Origin: Bdellovibrionales bacterium
Lineage (GTDB): Bacteria; Bdellovibrionota; Bdellovibrionia; Bdellovibrionales; JAGQZY01
Direction of reading: 5' to 3'
NCBI GenBank assembly: GCA_964230645.1
Contig: CAXRHT010000003.1
Coordinates: 576,001-640,000 of the forward strand
Length of the DNA stretch: 64,000 bases
The notes below the pieces were generated by a model. That model made no database searches. It saw only the letters and a program-made list of their open reading frames with translations, and was not told the origin of the DNA. The position numbers and the translations under genes were made by a program. Numbering within the stretch: the stretch's first letter is position 1; every line of letters begins with the position of its first letter. Shown piece after piece: positions 7,788-16,660 of the stretch.

Positions 7788-9206
7788 GTGAATAAAATGA
7801 GAGTGATCCTATGTTTGCTGCTCGCCTCTTTTCAATCTGTGGCCATCGGCGCGAGTTGGTCAGAGAAAACTAAGCAATTGATGAAAGATGAAATCAAATC
7901 GGTCGGGGGCCAAGAAAAAGATTTTGGCCTTTGGTTAAAAAAAGGCGATGAGGTTGTTGAGATTAATTCCAATGATCTTTTTGTCCCGGCGTCGCTATCG
8001 AAAATACCAACCGTTTTGGCATTTTTAGACCACACCAATATGGGAGAGAAGTTTAAGACTTGGGTTTACCATACTGGTAAGATTGAAAAAGGAGTTCTCA
8101 AGGGGGACCTTTACTTAAAAGGTGGCGGAGATCCCAGTTTTGTTTCGGAGTCCATGTGGCGTCTAATCAACAAACTTAAACGCAGTGATATCAAGTCCAT
8201 CGATGGTCAACTCTATGTCGACGAAAGCTATTTCGATAGTGATTATTATTCAGAAGGGCGCCAACAAAAAAGGGTGGACCGAGCTTACGATGCTCCTGTG
8301 AGTGGACTGTCCTTTAATTGGAACGCTCTTTCGATTTATGTACGTCCTGGAAAGCGAGCTGGGGAAGAGGCCAGAGTTTATGTGGAACCTGACCTCGACA
8401 ATATAGAAATTCAAAATAAAGCAAAAACCACAGGACATTCAAAAACCAACTTAAATGTTTCAAGAATCCTCAAAGACAACAAAATGGTCATACAAGTCGG
8501 TGGTGAAATTTCTGTCAGTAAAGATGAAAAAGCCTTTTACAAAAGCATAGGAGACGCGGCTTTATGGACAGGCTGGACTTTTTCTAAAATGATGAATCAA
8601 ATGGGAATCACCTACAATGGTGATGTTAAAAAAAAGGTCACCCCCTCGAGTGCTGAGTTACTCGAGGAGCATGAGAGTTGGGGTATGGCGCGGGTGATTT
8701 CCGCCCTTTCCAAGTTTTCCAATAATTTTGTGGCAGAAATGCTCACAAAACACCTTGGAAAACAAAAAGGCCAGCCAGGAAACATTGATGATGGTCTTAC
8801 AGAAATTAGAAAGTATTTGTTGAAAAAGGGGTGGAAAAACTCGGATTACCAATTCATAAACCCCTCGGGTTTCACTCGCGCCAACAAAATGAGAGCGGAT
8901 CATCTTGGTGAGCTTTTGGAAGGAGCAAGGAAGCAGTTTGCCTATAGCCCGGAGTTCCTCGCCGCTCTACCAATTAGTGGTATTGACGGAACTTTGAAGT
9001 CTCGAATGAAGTACGCGATGAAAGAAAAGGTGCGAGCCAAAACCGGGTATCTCAGTGGTGTGGTTGCTCTTGGTGGATACTTAGATAGTCCTAAAGACAA
9101 TCAGCCTATGACTTTTGTGTTTTTTTACAATGGTTCTTCAAAAAAAGACTGGAAGGTTCGAGCCATGTTCGATCGACTCTTATGGAAGATCTACAAAGGG
9201 AGCTAG
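7788..9206 (+). CDS. dacB: D-Ala-D-Ala carboxypeptidase/endopeptidase PBP4 (peptidase S13)
   Basis: Signal peptide; PASLSK (SxxK), KGGGDP, SNN (SxN), GIDGTL and AKTG motifs. Confidence 0.95.
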   Translation: MNKMRVILCLLLASFQSVAIGASWSEKTKQLMKDEIKSVGGQEKDFGLWLKKGDEVVEINSNDLFVPASLSKIPTVLAFLDHTNMGEKFKTWVYHTGKIEKGVLKGDLYLKGGGDPSFVSESMWRLINKLKRSDIKSIDGQLYVDESYFDSDYYSEGRQQKRVDRAYDAPVSGLSFNWNALSIYVRPGKRAGEEARVYVEPDLDNIEIQNKAKTTGHSKTNLNVSRILKDNKMVIQVGGEISVSKDEKAFYKSIGDAALWTGWTFSKMMNQMGITYNGDVKKKVTPSSAELLEEHESWGMARVISALSKFSNNFVAEMLTKHLGKQKGQPGNIDDGLTEIRKYLLKKGWKNSDYQFINPSGFTRANKMRADHLGELLEGARKQFAYSPEFLAALPISGIDGTLKSRMKYAMKEKVRAKTGYLSGVVALGGYLDSPKDNQPMTFVFFYNGSSKKDWKVRAMFDRLLWKIYKGS

Positions 9207-9240
9207 TGTCCCATCACGCTTCGTATACTGGATGGGACAC
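9206..9240. terminator. Hairpin between convergent genes
   Basis: GTGTCCCATC (9206-9215) / GATGGGACAC (9231-9240), perfect 10-bp stem. Confidence 0.6.
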
Positions 9241-9261
9241 CAAGAAAAGATTTTTTGAAAA

Positions 9262-10260
9262 TTAGTTGTAGCCGGCTTCTTTCATAAGCTCGCTGGCGAG
9301 ATCAGAAAAGTTGCTAATAATTCCAACATTCGTTTCATCTTCAGCAAAACTACCAAAATTTTGTACTGTTGGGTTCAGAGAGGCTTCCGGGTTAACGGGA
9401 TATTGCTTGAAAGCATCAGCAATCGCGGTTTGTACTGGAGCTGATATAAGATATTCAATCAACTGATTAACCTCTTTAGTTTTTTGAGAATGTTTGATGA
9501 ACCCAATACCGACACCATTAATATGGGCGTTCGTCGTTCCTTGATTGGCAAACAAAGGGCGCACGGCATAGTGTGGATCGGCTTCAATAAAGGCTGGCAA
9601 ATAGTAAGAGTTCGCTAGTCCCACATCACAAAGGCCGTCATTTATGGCGCGAATGACATCTCTGTCGCTCGTTGTCGGCTCCATCGCCAAATTGTCGGCC
9701 CAGCCTTTCATGATTTCGCGAGCTTTATCGGGACCGTGGTGCACAACTAAATAAGCACCAAGGGCTTTGTTATAGCTACTGGCTGATGTTCTTAAACAAA
9801 GGCGGTCTTGCCATTTCTTATCAGCCAAATCGGCGTAGGTGCTGAGTTCTTCAGAATCAACTTTTTCCGAATTGTACATAATAACTCGTGAACGATAAAA
9901 GATATGAAGCCATCTTTTTCCAGATTCCATCAAATGATTCGGTACGGTTTCTTCCACCTTCTCAGATGTGATGGCTTGATAAAGACCGGCTCGGGTGGCC
10001 TGACCATGATAAACAAGGTCTTTGTCTAAATGTAAATCGGCGGGGGTGTGCTCTCCCTCCTGGATGAGGCGATCGAGTAGTTCGTCGCTCTTTCCAGAAA
10101 GCACATTCACTTCGATACCGGTTTGCTCGGTAAAAGGCGCAAAAATAGGTGCCAATTCGTCCGCAGGGTAAACAGAGTAAATATTCAGTTCGGCTGCAGA
10201 GACTTGCAGGCTAAATAGAGAGGTCACAATGACTAGGACCATTTTCAGGTTGTTCAACAT
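9262..10260 (-). CDS. Fe(III) ABC transporter substrate-binding protein (FutA/FbpA family)
   Basis: Signal peptide; LNIYS, FTEQTGIEVN, RLCLR, YN, GLCDVGLANSYY with the iron-ligand YY pair. Confidence 0.88.
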   Translation of the reverse strand: MLNNLKMVLVIVTSLFSLQVSAAELNIYSVYPADELAPIFAPFTEQTGIEVNVLSGKSDELLDRLIQEGEHTPADLHLDKDLVYHGQATRAGLYQAITSEKVEETVPNHLMESGKRWLHIFYRSRVIMYNSEKVDSEELSTYADLADKKWQDRLCLRTSASSYNKALGAYLVVHHGPDKAREIMKGWADNLAMEPTTSDRDVIRAINDGLCDVGLANSYYLPAFIEADPHYAVRPLFANQGTTNAHINGVGIGFIKHSQKTKEVNQLIEYLISAPVQTAIADAFKQYPVNPEASLNPTVQNFGSFAEDETNVGIISNFSDLASELMKEAGYN

Positions 10261-10616
10261 ACTAAAACTCCTTTGAAAGTTAATGAGTGACTACGGAGTT
10301 CACTTATAAGAGCCAACCAGTCAAATACAGGTTCATCACGGAGCTGAAAACCAGTTGATTGTTTGCATTGAAGATCTGTTTTATCCATGTAAATTCAGTT
10401 ATTTAGCATCCATGAACAATTCTTAAAGCGGACTTAAGAAAAATTCGTTGTTCGCATTTTGTTTTCGTTAAGCTGTTACTTGGGTTGCAGCTGCTCTGTT
10501 CCCGCTTTTATTAAGAATCTTAAATAGAATTCAGTAAAAACCAAATTCTGACCAAATCTCCGCTAGACCCCTGCGGGTCCTGCTGATTTCATAGGACTTT
10601 CTCAAGGGAGGGGATA

Positions 10617-11963
10617 ATGAAAATGGTACGTCGCCAATTTTTAAAATTAGGCATATTTTCATCGATAGTGGCTGGGATGCCAGAAAAAGGAAAAGCTGGA
10701 GCTCAATCAAAAGATCGCTTTTGGTCGATCGGAAGTGAAGAGAACTTTCACGAACTTTCGATCCTGCAAGGGGCGACAGATCAGAATAAAACACAATTTT
10801 CCGTACTTCATCCAAGAGACGAAGTGCTCAGCTTTTATTCTACGGATGAAGAAGGGGAAATAATTCTTCCGGATTTAATTGAAACCTATTCCCACAGTGA
10901 TCACCCCATGATTCTTTCGAAGGTTTATTTTTCGGGACTTCAGGAAAATAGAGATTACAGTTTGTTATTGGAAGATACGGATGGAAATCTCGTGGCTGAG
11001 CGTTTTTACAGAACACTCACAATGAATCAAAGGAATTTACGCTTTGCTATTGCCAGTTGTATGGACGATGAGAACCACGATCCCGATATTTGGATCGATA
11101 TGGTTGAAAAAGACCCAGACGTCATTTTTTTCGTGGGAGACAGCGTTTACGCCGACCGTCTGAGGGGGAGCGAAGAGCGTCGTTCTGCCGATCCCGATCA
11201 GTTATGGCTTAGGTTCTGTCAAGCCAGGCAAACTTTAGAGATCTTTCAAAGTAAAAAACTCATTCCAATCATCGCCGTTTGGGATGATCACGATTTTGGA
11301 CGTAACGACACCGGTAAAACTTATCCTTATGTGGAAGAGTCACAAAAAAACTTTCTTTCTTTTTTCGCTCAAGAAGAGAGTCATTGCTCTGTCTTAGCGC
11401 GTGGCCCAGGAGTCGGTTCAGCTTTTCAATATGGCAATCAACTTTTTTTGCTGCTTGACGGTCGAAGTTTTCGAGAAACGGGTCATTCCCCGAAGAGATA
11501 CGCTCATTGGGGGGAGGAGCAAGAGAAATGGGCGCTCGATCTTATTGATCAGCACCAAGGTTTTGTTTGGATTATGACCGGTACTCAAATTTTTCCTTCC
11601 ATGATTTTTAAAGAATCGGTTTCAAAACACCACGCTAACAACTTAAATGGTTTTATCGATGAACTAAGAAATCGTGGTACTCGCGCTGGATTCGTTTCAG
11701 GAGACGTTCATTTCAGCGAGATTTCAGAAATAGAGGATGATTTTTTGGGCTATCGGACCTACGAATTCACTTCTAGCTCTATTCATTCGACCACTTTCCC
11801 TGGGGTTCCTGGAATTATACCCAATAAAAGAAGAATCGTTTCAACCGGTAAAAGGAATTATCTCCTTTTAAATAGCGAGTACGATGGAAGCACTATGAAT
11901 ATCCAAGTGGTCAGTCATTCCGAGCAGAATCGTACCAATTTTGAAAGAGAACTAAAGATTTAA
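10617..11963 (+). CDS. phoD: Alkaline phosphatase D family protein, Tat-exported
   Basis: Twin-Arg signal RRQFLK; FAIASC, GDSVYAD, WDDHD, LLDGRSFR and SGDVH motifs. Confidence 0.9.
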   Translation: MKMVRRQFLKLGIFSSIVAGMPEKGKAGAQSKDRFWSIGSEENFHELSILQGATDQNKTQFSVLHPRDEVLSFYSTDEEGEIILPDLIETYSHSDHPMILSKVYFSGLQENRDYSLLLEDTDGNLVAERFYRTLTMNQRNLRFAIASCMDDENHDPDIWIDMVEKDPDVIFFVGDSVYADRLRGSEERRSADPDQLWLRFCQARQTLEIFQSKKLIPIIAVWDDHDFGRNDTGKTYPYVEESQKNFLSFFAQEESHCSVLARGPGVGSAFQYGNQLFLLLDGRSFRETGHSPKRYAHWGEEQEKWALDLIDQHQGFVWIMTGTQIFPSMIFKESVSKHHANNLNGFIDELRNRGTRAGFVSGDVHFSEISEIEDDFLGYRTYEFTSSSIHSTTFPGVPGIIPNKRRIVSTGKRNYLLLNSEYDGSTMNIQVVSHSEQNRTNFERELKI

Positions 11964-12005
11964 GTGAGTCAGGGGCTTTATTCTTACTCGTAAAAAGACA
12001 AAGCC

Positions 12006-12728
12006 CTAAGATTTCTTCCCAATAAAAGAGTAATAGGGCACCTTTCCCACAGGAAGATAAGGGATGGCATTGTACCCCTCAAAGAGGTGAGTTTTTTCGA
12101 ATTTATTCAATAAATAGGGTAGATGGTCAGGGTTTAAAAATACATTGTCGTAAGAAAACCAAAGAGGCCAAAAGTGTCTTGTCTTTGCATCGTGGCACTG
12201 TAGGCCGGGTAGAGGATGTTTTTCAGCCACATAGAAATCAACCACGCCTACATATCCATGAGGTGAGAGTATCTTGTAACAATGATCAAGAACCCTGTAC
12301 CATTGTGGAAACATCGTTAGTGAATAGGAGAAGCTCACCAGCTCACAGTACTCAGGAGGTTGGAAAATAGTGACGTCACTTGTGACCACTTCCACATTTT
12401 TTAGACCTCTCTTCCAGACTTTACTCTTTGCTTTTTCAAGTAAAGAAGGGGAGAGGTCGACAAGATATATTTTTTTGTAGCGAGCGAGCTGCTCGTTTGT
12501 TAAAAAGTCGAGACTTGCTCCCGTACCAGCCCCAAAATCAACCCACGTCCCTTCGGGTTGTCTATTGTTCAGTTCCCTAAAAAGAGTTTCACGGCCTGCC
12601 AACAACTTTTTTCTGAATTGGTCATAATTTTGTGTTTGGTTTTTATAGAAATTCTCGAGTCTATCCTTGTGATTCGTGTCCTTACGAGGCTTAAGCATTT
12701 GATAGATCGTTTTTATATCGGCAATCAT
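12006..12728 (-). CDS. btaB: SAM-dependent methyltransferase BtaB (betaine lipid DGTS synthesis)
   Basis: LENFYKNQ..YD.FRKKLL.GRE, WVDFGAGTG, VDLSPSL, FSYSLTMFP, GVVDFYV; coupled to btaA. Confidence 0.85.
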   Translation of the reverse strand: MIADIKTIYQMLKPRKDTNHKDRLENFYKNQTQNYDQFRKKLLAGRETLFRELNNRQPEGTWVDFGAGTGASLDFLTNEQLARYKKIYLVDLSPSLLEKAKSKVWKRGLKNVEVVTSDVTIFQPPEYCELVSFSYSLTMFPQWYRVLDHCYKILSPHGYVGVVDFYVAEKHPLPGLQCHDAKTRHFWPLWFSYDNVFLNPDHLPYLLNKFEKTHLFEGYNAIPYLPVGKVPYYSFIGKKS

Positions 12729-13909
12729 GAGGGTTGCACTCCCGCGATATAAAAACTTCCGTAGGTATGGACTCGATCTTTCTTGTGCAAAGACTTCGCT
12801 AGTTCATGATCGTAGTGAAGGTAATCTCCGAGGGTTTTGTTGGTAGACAGGGCAAGCGGATCAATGAAATCCACATTTAAGCTGGCACTGCGCCAGAGAA
12901 TTTTTGACGTTTCATCCGCTTTAGCAATCAGATGTTTCCATTGCTCCTCTAAAAGCTGGCGATGATTTTGGTAAAGCCAGTCCATATGATCGAGAAGTGT
13001 TACTTTATGTAGTTTTTTATGATCTTTCTTGAAAAATTCAATCAAAGAAGAATTGTGAGTACTAAGTCCCTCTACTCGGTCTTTTAAGGTATTGAAGTTC
13101 TTTTCTTTCAAATACTCGGGGCAGCAGTCTTGAGTGTAGTAACCAAAAAGGTAGAGGTGGTAAAAGTAATTATCGTGAAGACTGAGTTTGGAAAAAACGA
13201 AATCAAGACAGTCTTCGATAAATTTCGCCATTCCCCCTATATAGGAATTTTCGATCTGTAGAAACTGTGAGCGAGGAACGCCTAAGGCTGACATCAATGC
13301 CCCTCGTCTAGTAGCCCAACGGAGGGTATCATTCCAAAAATAAGGTTTCAGTTCGGAAAAATAGATCAGTGCCTGTTCTTGCAAGGTTTTAGCGGAAAAA
13401 ACTTTATCAATGCTAGGGAGAAGTCCTTTTAAAGATATGTAACTACCCATGAGGCGGGCCACAAGCCCTGAGCTGCCTCGGTAATAAAATCCTTTATGAA
13501 AACTATTAGTTTTAAAAAAATCAATATGGCGATCCCAGTAAGCTTGGGCAAATTCAGGAAGTTCGGCTCGAAGAGTTTTGCGATAAATCCTCTCGATGCC
13601 TGGATGCATGCCCATAGCAAAGAGTGTGAAGAAGTCCTCGTAATCAAGACTTTTAATTCCTGCTTTTTTAAGCTCCAACAGCGCATTTTGTCTGGGATTC
13701 ATATCAACAGCATCGACATGGTTAGGGGAGTCTAGGAGGTACTCTAAAGCATTGCATCCCGCTGAGGTGATTACTAAGACGTTGTCAGAGGGTTTGATTT
13801 TAAAGGCCATTCGATCAAGACGGGGGTCTTCCCAACATTGGTTGTAAACCAAATTATTGCCGTGAACCCAATGGAAAATTTGTTGTCTCATCCAGGATTG
13901 AATTTGCAT
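12725..13909 (-). CDS. btaA: SAM:diacylglycerol 3-amino-3-carboxypropyltransferase BtaA (DUF3419)
   Basis: YNQCWEDP, ITSAGCN, VDMNPRQ.ALLELK, NYFY, LLDHMDW, WRSA and DRVHTY.SF motifs. Confidence 0.9.
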   Translation of the reverse strand: MQIQSWMRQQIFHWVHGNNLVYNQCWEDPRLDRMAFKIKPSDNVLVITSAGCNALEYLLDSPNHVDAVDMNPRQNALLELKKAGIKSLDYEDFFTLFAMGMHPGIERIYRKTLRAELPEFAQAYWDRHIDFFKTNSFHKGFYYRGSSGLVARLMGSYISLKGLLPSIDKVFSAKTLQEQALIYFSELKPYFWNDTLRWATRRGALMSALGVPRSQFLQIENSYIGGMAKFIEDCLDFVFSKLSLHDNYFYHLYLFGYYTQDCCPEYLKEKNFNTLKDRVEGLSTHNSSLIEFFKKDHKKLHKVTLLDHMDWLYQNHRQLLEEQWKHLIAKADETSKILWRSASLNVDFIDPLALSTNKTLGDYLHYDHELAKSLHKKDRVHTYGSFYIAGVQPS

Positions 13910-13954
13910 ATATCCAATGATGACGGGAGTTTAGGGAATTAACAAATTATGACT

Positions 13955-13987
13955 CCATCAATGTTCTGTCAGTGTTGTGTCAAAAGG
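13955..13987 (+). promoter_or_regulatory. Pho-box/OmpR-family-like triple direct repeat
   Basis: CCATCAA-TGTT-CTGTCAG-TGTT-GTGTCAA with 11-bp period, 46-78 bp upstream of btaA in a divergent intergenic region. Confidence 0.45.
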
Positions 13988-14138
13988 TCGAGGATATATT
14001 AGGAAAGGCTTGTATGCTCTGTTCAACAAGACGTCCCTTCGTCACGGAAGGAAGAATTTTCAATATGACGAATTCCCATTGAGGCCACGCTCTTACTCCA
14101 ATAACAATATTGGTTTCGACAAAGAAGAGGGGACTGCC

Positions 14139-15533
14139 ATGTTTATCCAAATCATTCTATCAATATTAATTTTTCCCGCTGACGCTATCGTGGGAGGGGA
14201 TAACCTTGTGGATTCAGTTCCTGAGCAGCTCTGCCAGATTGTTCCAGTCGAGAACGGCCAGTATCTTCGCCAAAAAACTTGCTCGGCGACAATCGTAGGT
14301 TCAAGGGAGCTTTTGACTGCGGGGCACTGTGGTTCTGGACAGCATGAAGCCTATTTTGTGGATTGTGTTTCGGGAGATCAGTTTTTAGTGCCTACTGAAG
14401 ACAATTGGACTTTTCTTGATGAAAACGGCCCTCTTAACCCAATGTTAGCCATTAAAGATCTTGGACGTGCAGAAAAAGACCAAGCTCTTGTAAAAATAAA
14501 TTCGAGTTTTTCAGTCGATGGTCTCGGTATCGCCACAGCCCACGAACAGGAGGCACTTTTAGAAGCCAACTCTTGTTATTTCCTAGGAACGGGAATCAAT
14601 AATGCCGGTCTATGGGGAGTACCCCAAAAGGTAAAAGTAGATACTCAAAAAAGCTTAGACTCTTATGGATCTTTAGTTTTTCTGGAAGCCTATCCGCAAG
14701 TGCAGGCCCATGATTCCGGTGGTTCCCTTGTTTGTGAAAATCAAGTGGTGGCAGTTATTGTGGCTCAGCAGAATAAACCCAAAGGCTCTATTCTGACGAA
14801 AGTTTCGAGTGATTTGTTCAGCTCTGGCAGCCTTAATCCACAAGCTTGTCAAAACAATACCACCTCAAAAGCTGTGGACGATGCCATTGAACATCTTTTA
14901 GGCTTTGAAGAAGTAAGACATTTTCTAATGACTAAAAAGCAACAAGGTTATTCGGTTTGTTATCAAGGTCTCACTCTTGGTAAAAACAATTATCAGTACT
15001 TCAAAAATTTTGTTTCCTTTGAATTACAAAAAGATGGAAAAATCGAAAATCGTTTGATGGTCCTTTTTCAGTCAGCCAGTGTCCAGGCCCACCACTCGAC
15101 CGGTTCAAGACCTTGGGTGATTTTAGACACTCAGAAAACTATCGAAGCTCTCGGTCAAACTTTGGATGTGGCTATTCCCCAAAACTCCCTCTCATTTCAG
15201 CCGTTAGCAGAAAACTATTTTCAAAACTGGAACGGAGACAAAAAGCAAAAATCAATGATTGTTCTTGGCTCCTCTTCCTCTAGCAATCTTCTTCTTTTTT
15301 CTTGGCTCAAAGAAGTGAACGTCGGCGGCAATATTTTTACCACCGGTGTTAGTCCACAGTACGGACTCGTAGAAAAGCAAGGCGATGAAGACTTCATGTT
15401 ATCCAATGGATCGGCGTTCAATAAAGTATTAGGAATTCTCGAAGATCAACTCACTGAAACCGAGAAAGCCTATAAGGCTTCTAGTGCAGAGATTGGTGAC
15501 TTCATCGAACAGGTCTCAAAGGTAAGGCGCTAA
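14139..15533 (+). CDS. Secreted trypsin-like (S1) serine protease with C-terminal extension
   Basis: ATG at 14139 after GAGGGG RBS; signal peptide followed by mature IVGG; LTAGHC, DQAL and HDSGG catalytic motifs. Confidence 0.85.
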   Translation: MFIQIILSILIFPADAIVGGDNLVDSVPEQLCQIVPVENGQYLRQKTCSATIVGSRELLTAGHCGSGQHEAYFVDCVSGDQFLVPTEDNWTFLDENGPLNPMLAIKDLGRAEKDQALVKINSSFSVDGLGIATAHEQEALLEANSCYFLGTGINNAGLWGVPQKVKVDTQKSLDSYGSLVFLEAYPQVQAHDSGGSLVCENQVVAVIVAQQNKPKGSILTKVSSDLFSSGSLNPQACQNNTTSKAVDDAIEHLLGFEEVRHFLMTKKQQGYSVCYQGLTLGKNNYQYFKNFVSFELQKDGKIENRLMVLFQSASVQAHHSTGSRPWVILDTQKTIEALGQTLDVAIPQNSLSFQPLAENYFQNWNGDKKQKSMIVLGSSSSSNLLLFSWLKEVNVGGNIFTTGVSPQYGLVEKQGDEDFMLSNGSAFNKVLGILEDQLTETEKAYKASSAEIGDFIEQVSKVRR

Positions 15534-15540
15534 AACTCAT

Positions 15541-15674
15541 TGCCGTCTTGAGGCGAAATGAAAATGTCGTCCTGATGAGAAGCAAAAAAATTGTCGTCCT
15601 GATGAGAAGCAAAAAAATTGTCGTCCTGAGGCGAAGCAAAAAAATTGTCGTCCTGAGGCGAAGCCGAAGGACCT
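15541..15674 (+). repeat. Tandem 27-bp REP-like repeats
   Basis: Units TGTCGTCCTGA(TGA/GGC)GAAGC start at 15565, 15592, 15619 and 15646; the first three continue AAAAAAAT and the last ends CGAAGGACCT. A degenerate unit lies at 15541. Confidence 0.9.
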
Positions 15675-15700
15675 TTGGAACCTCGGTCGAAGCCCTCGTC

Positions 15701-15874
15701 TCCCCATAGTATTGTTTATAATAAATTTCTTCAGGGCCGGCATCCATGACGGCCACATGCGAAGCTGTACAGCTTCGCATGCCGTGGCCCTTGCTTGTGT
15801 TTCTCCCTGCGGGCGAAAACGCGTCACGCTCACAAGAGCCCTTACGAAAATTATTATAAACAATACTATGGGGA
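15701..15874. mobile_element. MITE/REPIN-like palindromic element (174 bp)
   Basis: Perfect 24-bp terminal inverted repeat TCCCCATAGTATTGTTTATAATAA (15701-15724 / 15851-15874), extending to 37 bp with 3 mismatches; internal perfect palindrome CATGCGAAGCTGTACAGCTTCGCATG. Confidence 0.6.
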
Positions 15875-16096
15875 CCGTGGATCAAGCGAAAACTTAAAAA
15901 AAAGGCCCCCCTTGAATGACTTTGTTGGATCTTATTTTTTTGTAGCAATGTGGGTGCTTAGACTACAAATGTATGTTCAGCTATTTTAATTAGTTATCTA
16001 CATCGCGACAAAAGGAAAAATGAGAGCCCAAAATGACAAATTTCCGTTCGCCTTGCAAAAATTACAGCTGAAATTAAAAAGAACTCCTTTTCACCC

Positions 16097-16112
16097 TGGT
16101 TTTCAACTTGCA
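16097..16112 (+). promoter_or_regulatory. Putative sigma54 promoter
   Basis: TGGTTTTCAACTTGCA has GG-N10-GC spacing, 28 bp before the ATG at 16140. Confidence 0.45.
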
Positions 16113-16139
16113 TCGAAATAGCAGGCAAAGGAGCGATTT

Positions 16140-16643
16140 ATGAAAAAACTGATATTCTCTTTTATAGCGATTTCATTAATGTACGGGCAAAATTTGTGGG
16201 CTGGGGAATTCAATCATTCCGTGGCCATCAATATTCAGAGTCTTCAAATCAATGTGCCCAACTCTTCTGGAGAGCATAGATTAACATTGCTCATTTACCT
16301 GCAAGGTCGCTCCACCGGCCATCTCACCCTTATCGAAGACATAAATTTGGGCTCTCATCATGTGAACCGCCCCCTCGGAGAAGCTGAGATCGGTGACTGG
16401 ATTGAAATTTCACAACACAGTTTCAATGGAGCCATTTATCGTGGAGGTCTCCTAGGTCAGGATCAAGAGGGTTACGATTTGGTTTTTAAAGTCAAACGCT
16501 ACCGTACTGTTATTGATCAGGTTCACCTCTCTTTTGCTCTTTCAACCGACGCTTTAGTCAGGCAGTACCGCAGCCCCGTTCCCTTCCGGGTGAATGATCC
16601 ACAGGGCAGAGATTTTATTGAAATGGCTGTTCTTCTTGAATAA
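16140..16643 (+). CDS. Exported hypothetical protein
   Basis: AGGAG RBS; MKK signal peptide ending LWA; beta-rich. Confidence 0.75.
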   Translation: MKKLIFSFIAISLMYGQNLWAGEFNHSVAINIQSLQINVPNSSGEHRLTLLIYLQGRSTGHLTLIEDINLGSHHVNRPLGEAEIGDWIEISQHSFNGAIYRGGLLGQDQEGYDLVFKVKRYRTVIDQVHLSFALSTDALVRQYRSPVPFRVNDPQGRDFIEMAVLLE

Positions 16644-16660
16644 ATCAAGATCGAAGGGGC

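Noticed and set aside
13977..14138. Long N-terminal extensions in the ORF track (also 3145-3210, 20228-20383, 36718-36825, 40015-40179, 40255-40404)
   Set aside because: Downstream ATGs give proper signal peptides or family N-termini, most with a clear RBS; the extensions overlap promoters or neighbouring genes.
15565..15620. Hammerhead ribozyme (CTGATGA core)
   Set aside because: No stem II and no correctly placed GAAA follow; the motif is just a variant of the repeat unit.
15541..15674. CRISPR array
   Set aside because: Repeats are directly tandem with no unique spacers, and no cas genes are in the window.
15701..15874. Retron msr-msd (long flanking inverted repeats)
   Set aside because: No reverse transcriptase gene in the window.
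15502..15989. ORFs 15502-15948, 15537-15863, 15712-15897 and 15795-15989
   Set aside because: They are translations of the repeats and palindrome, with no RBS or protein-like features.
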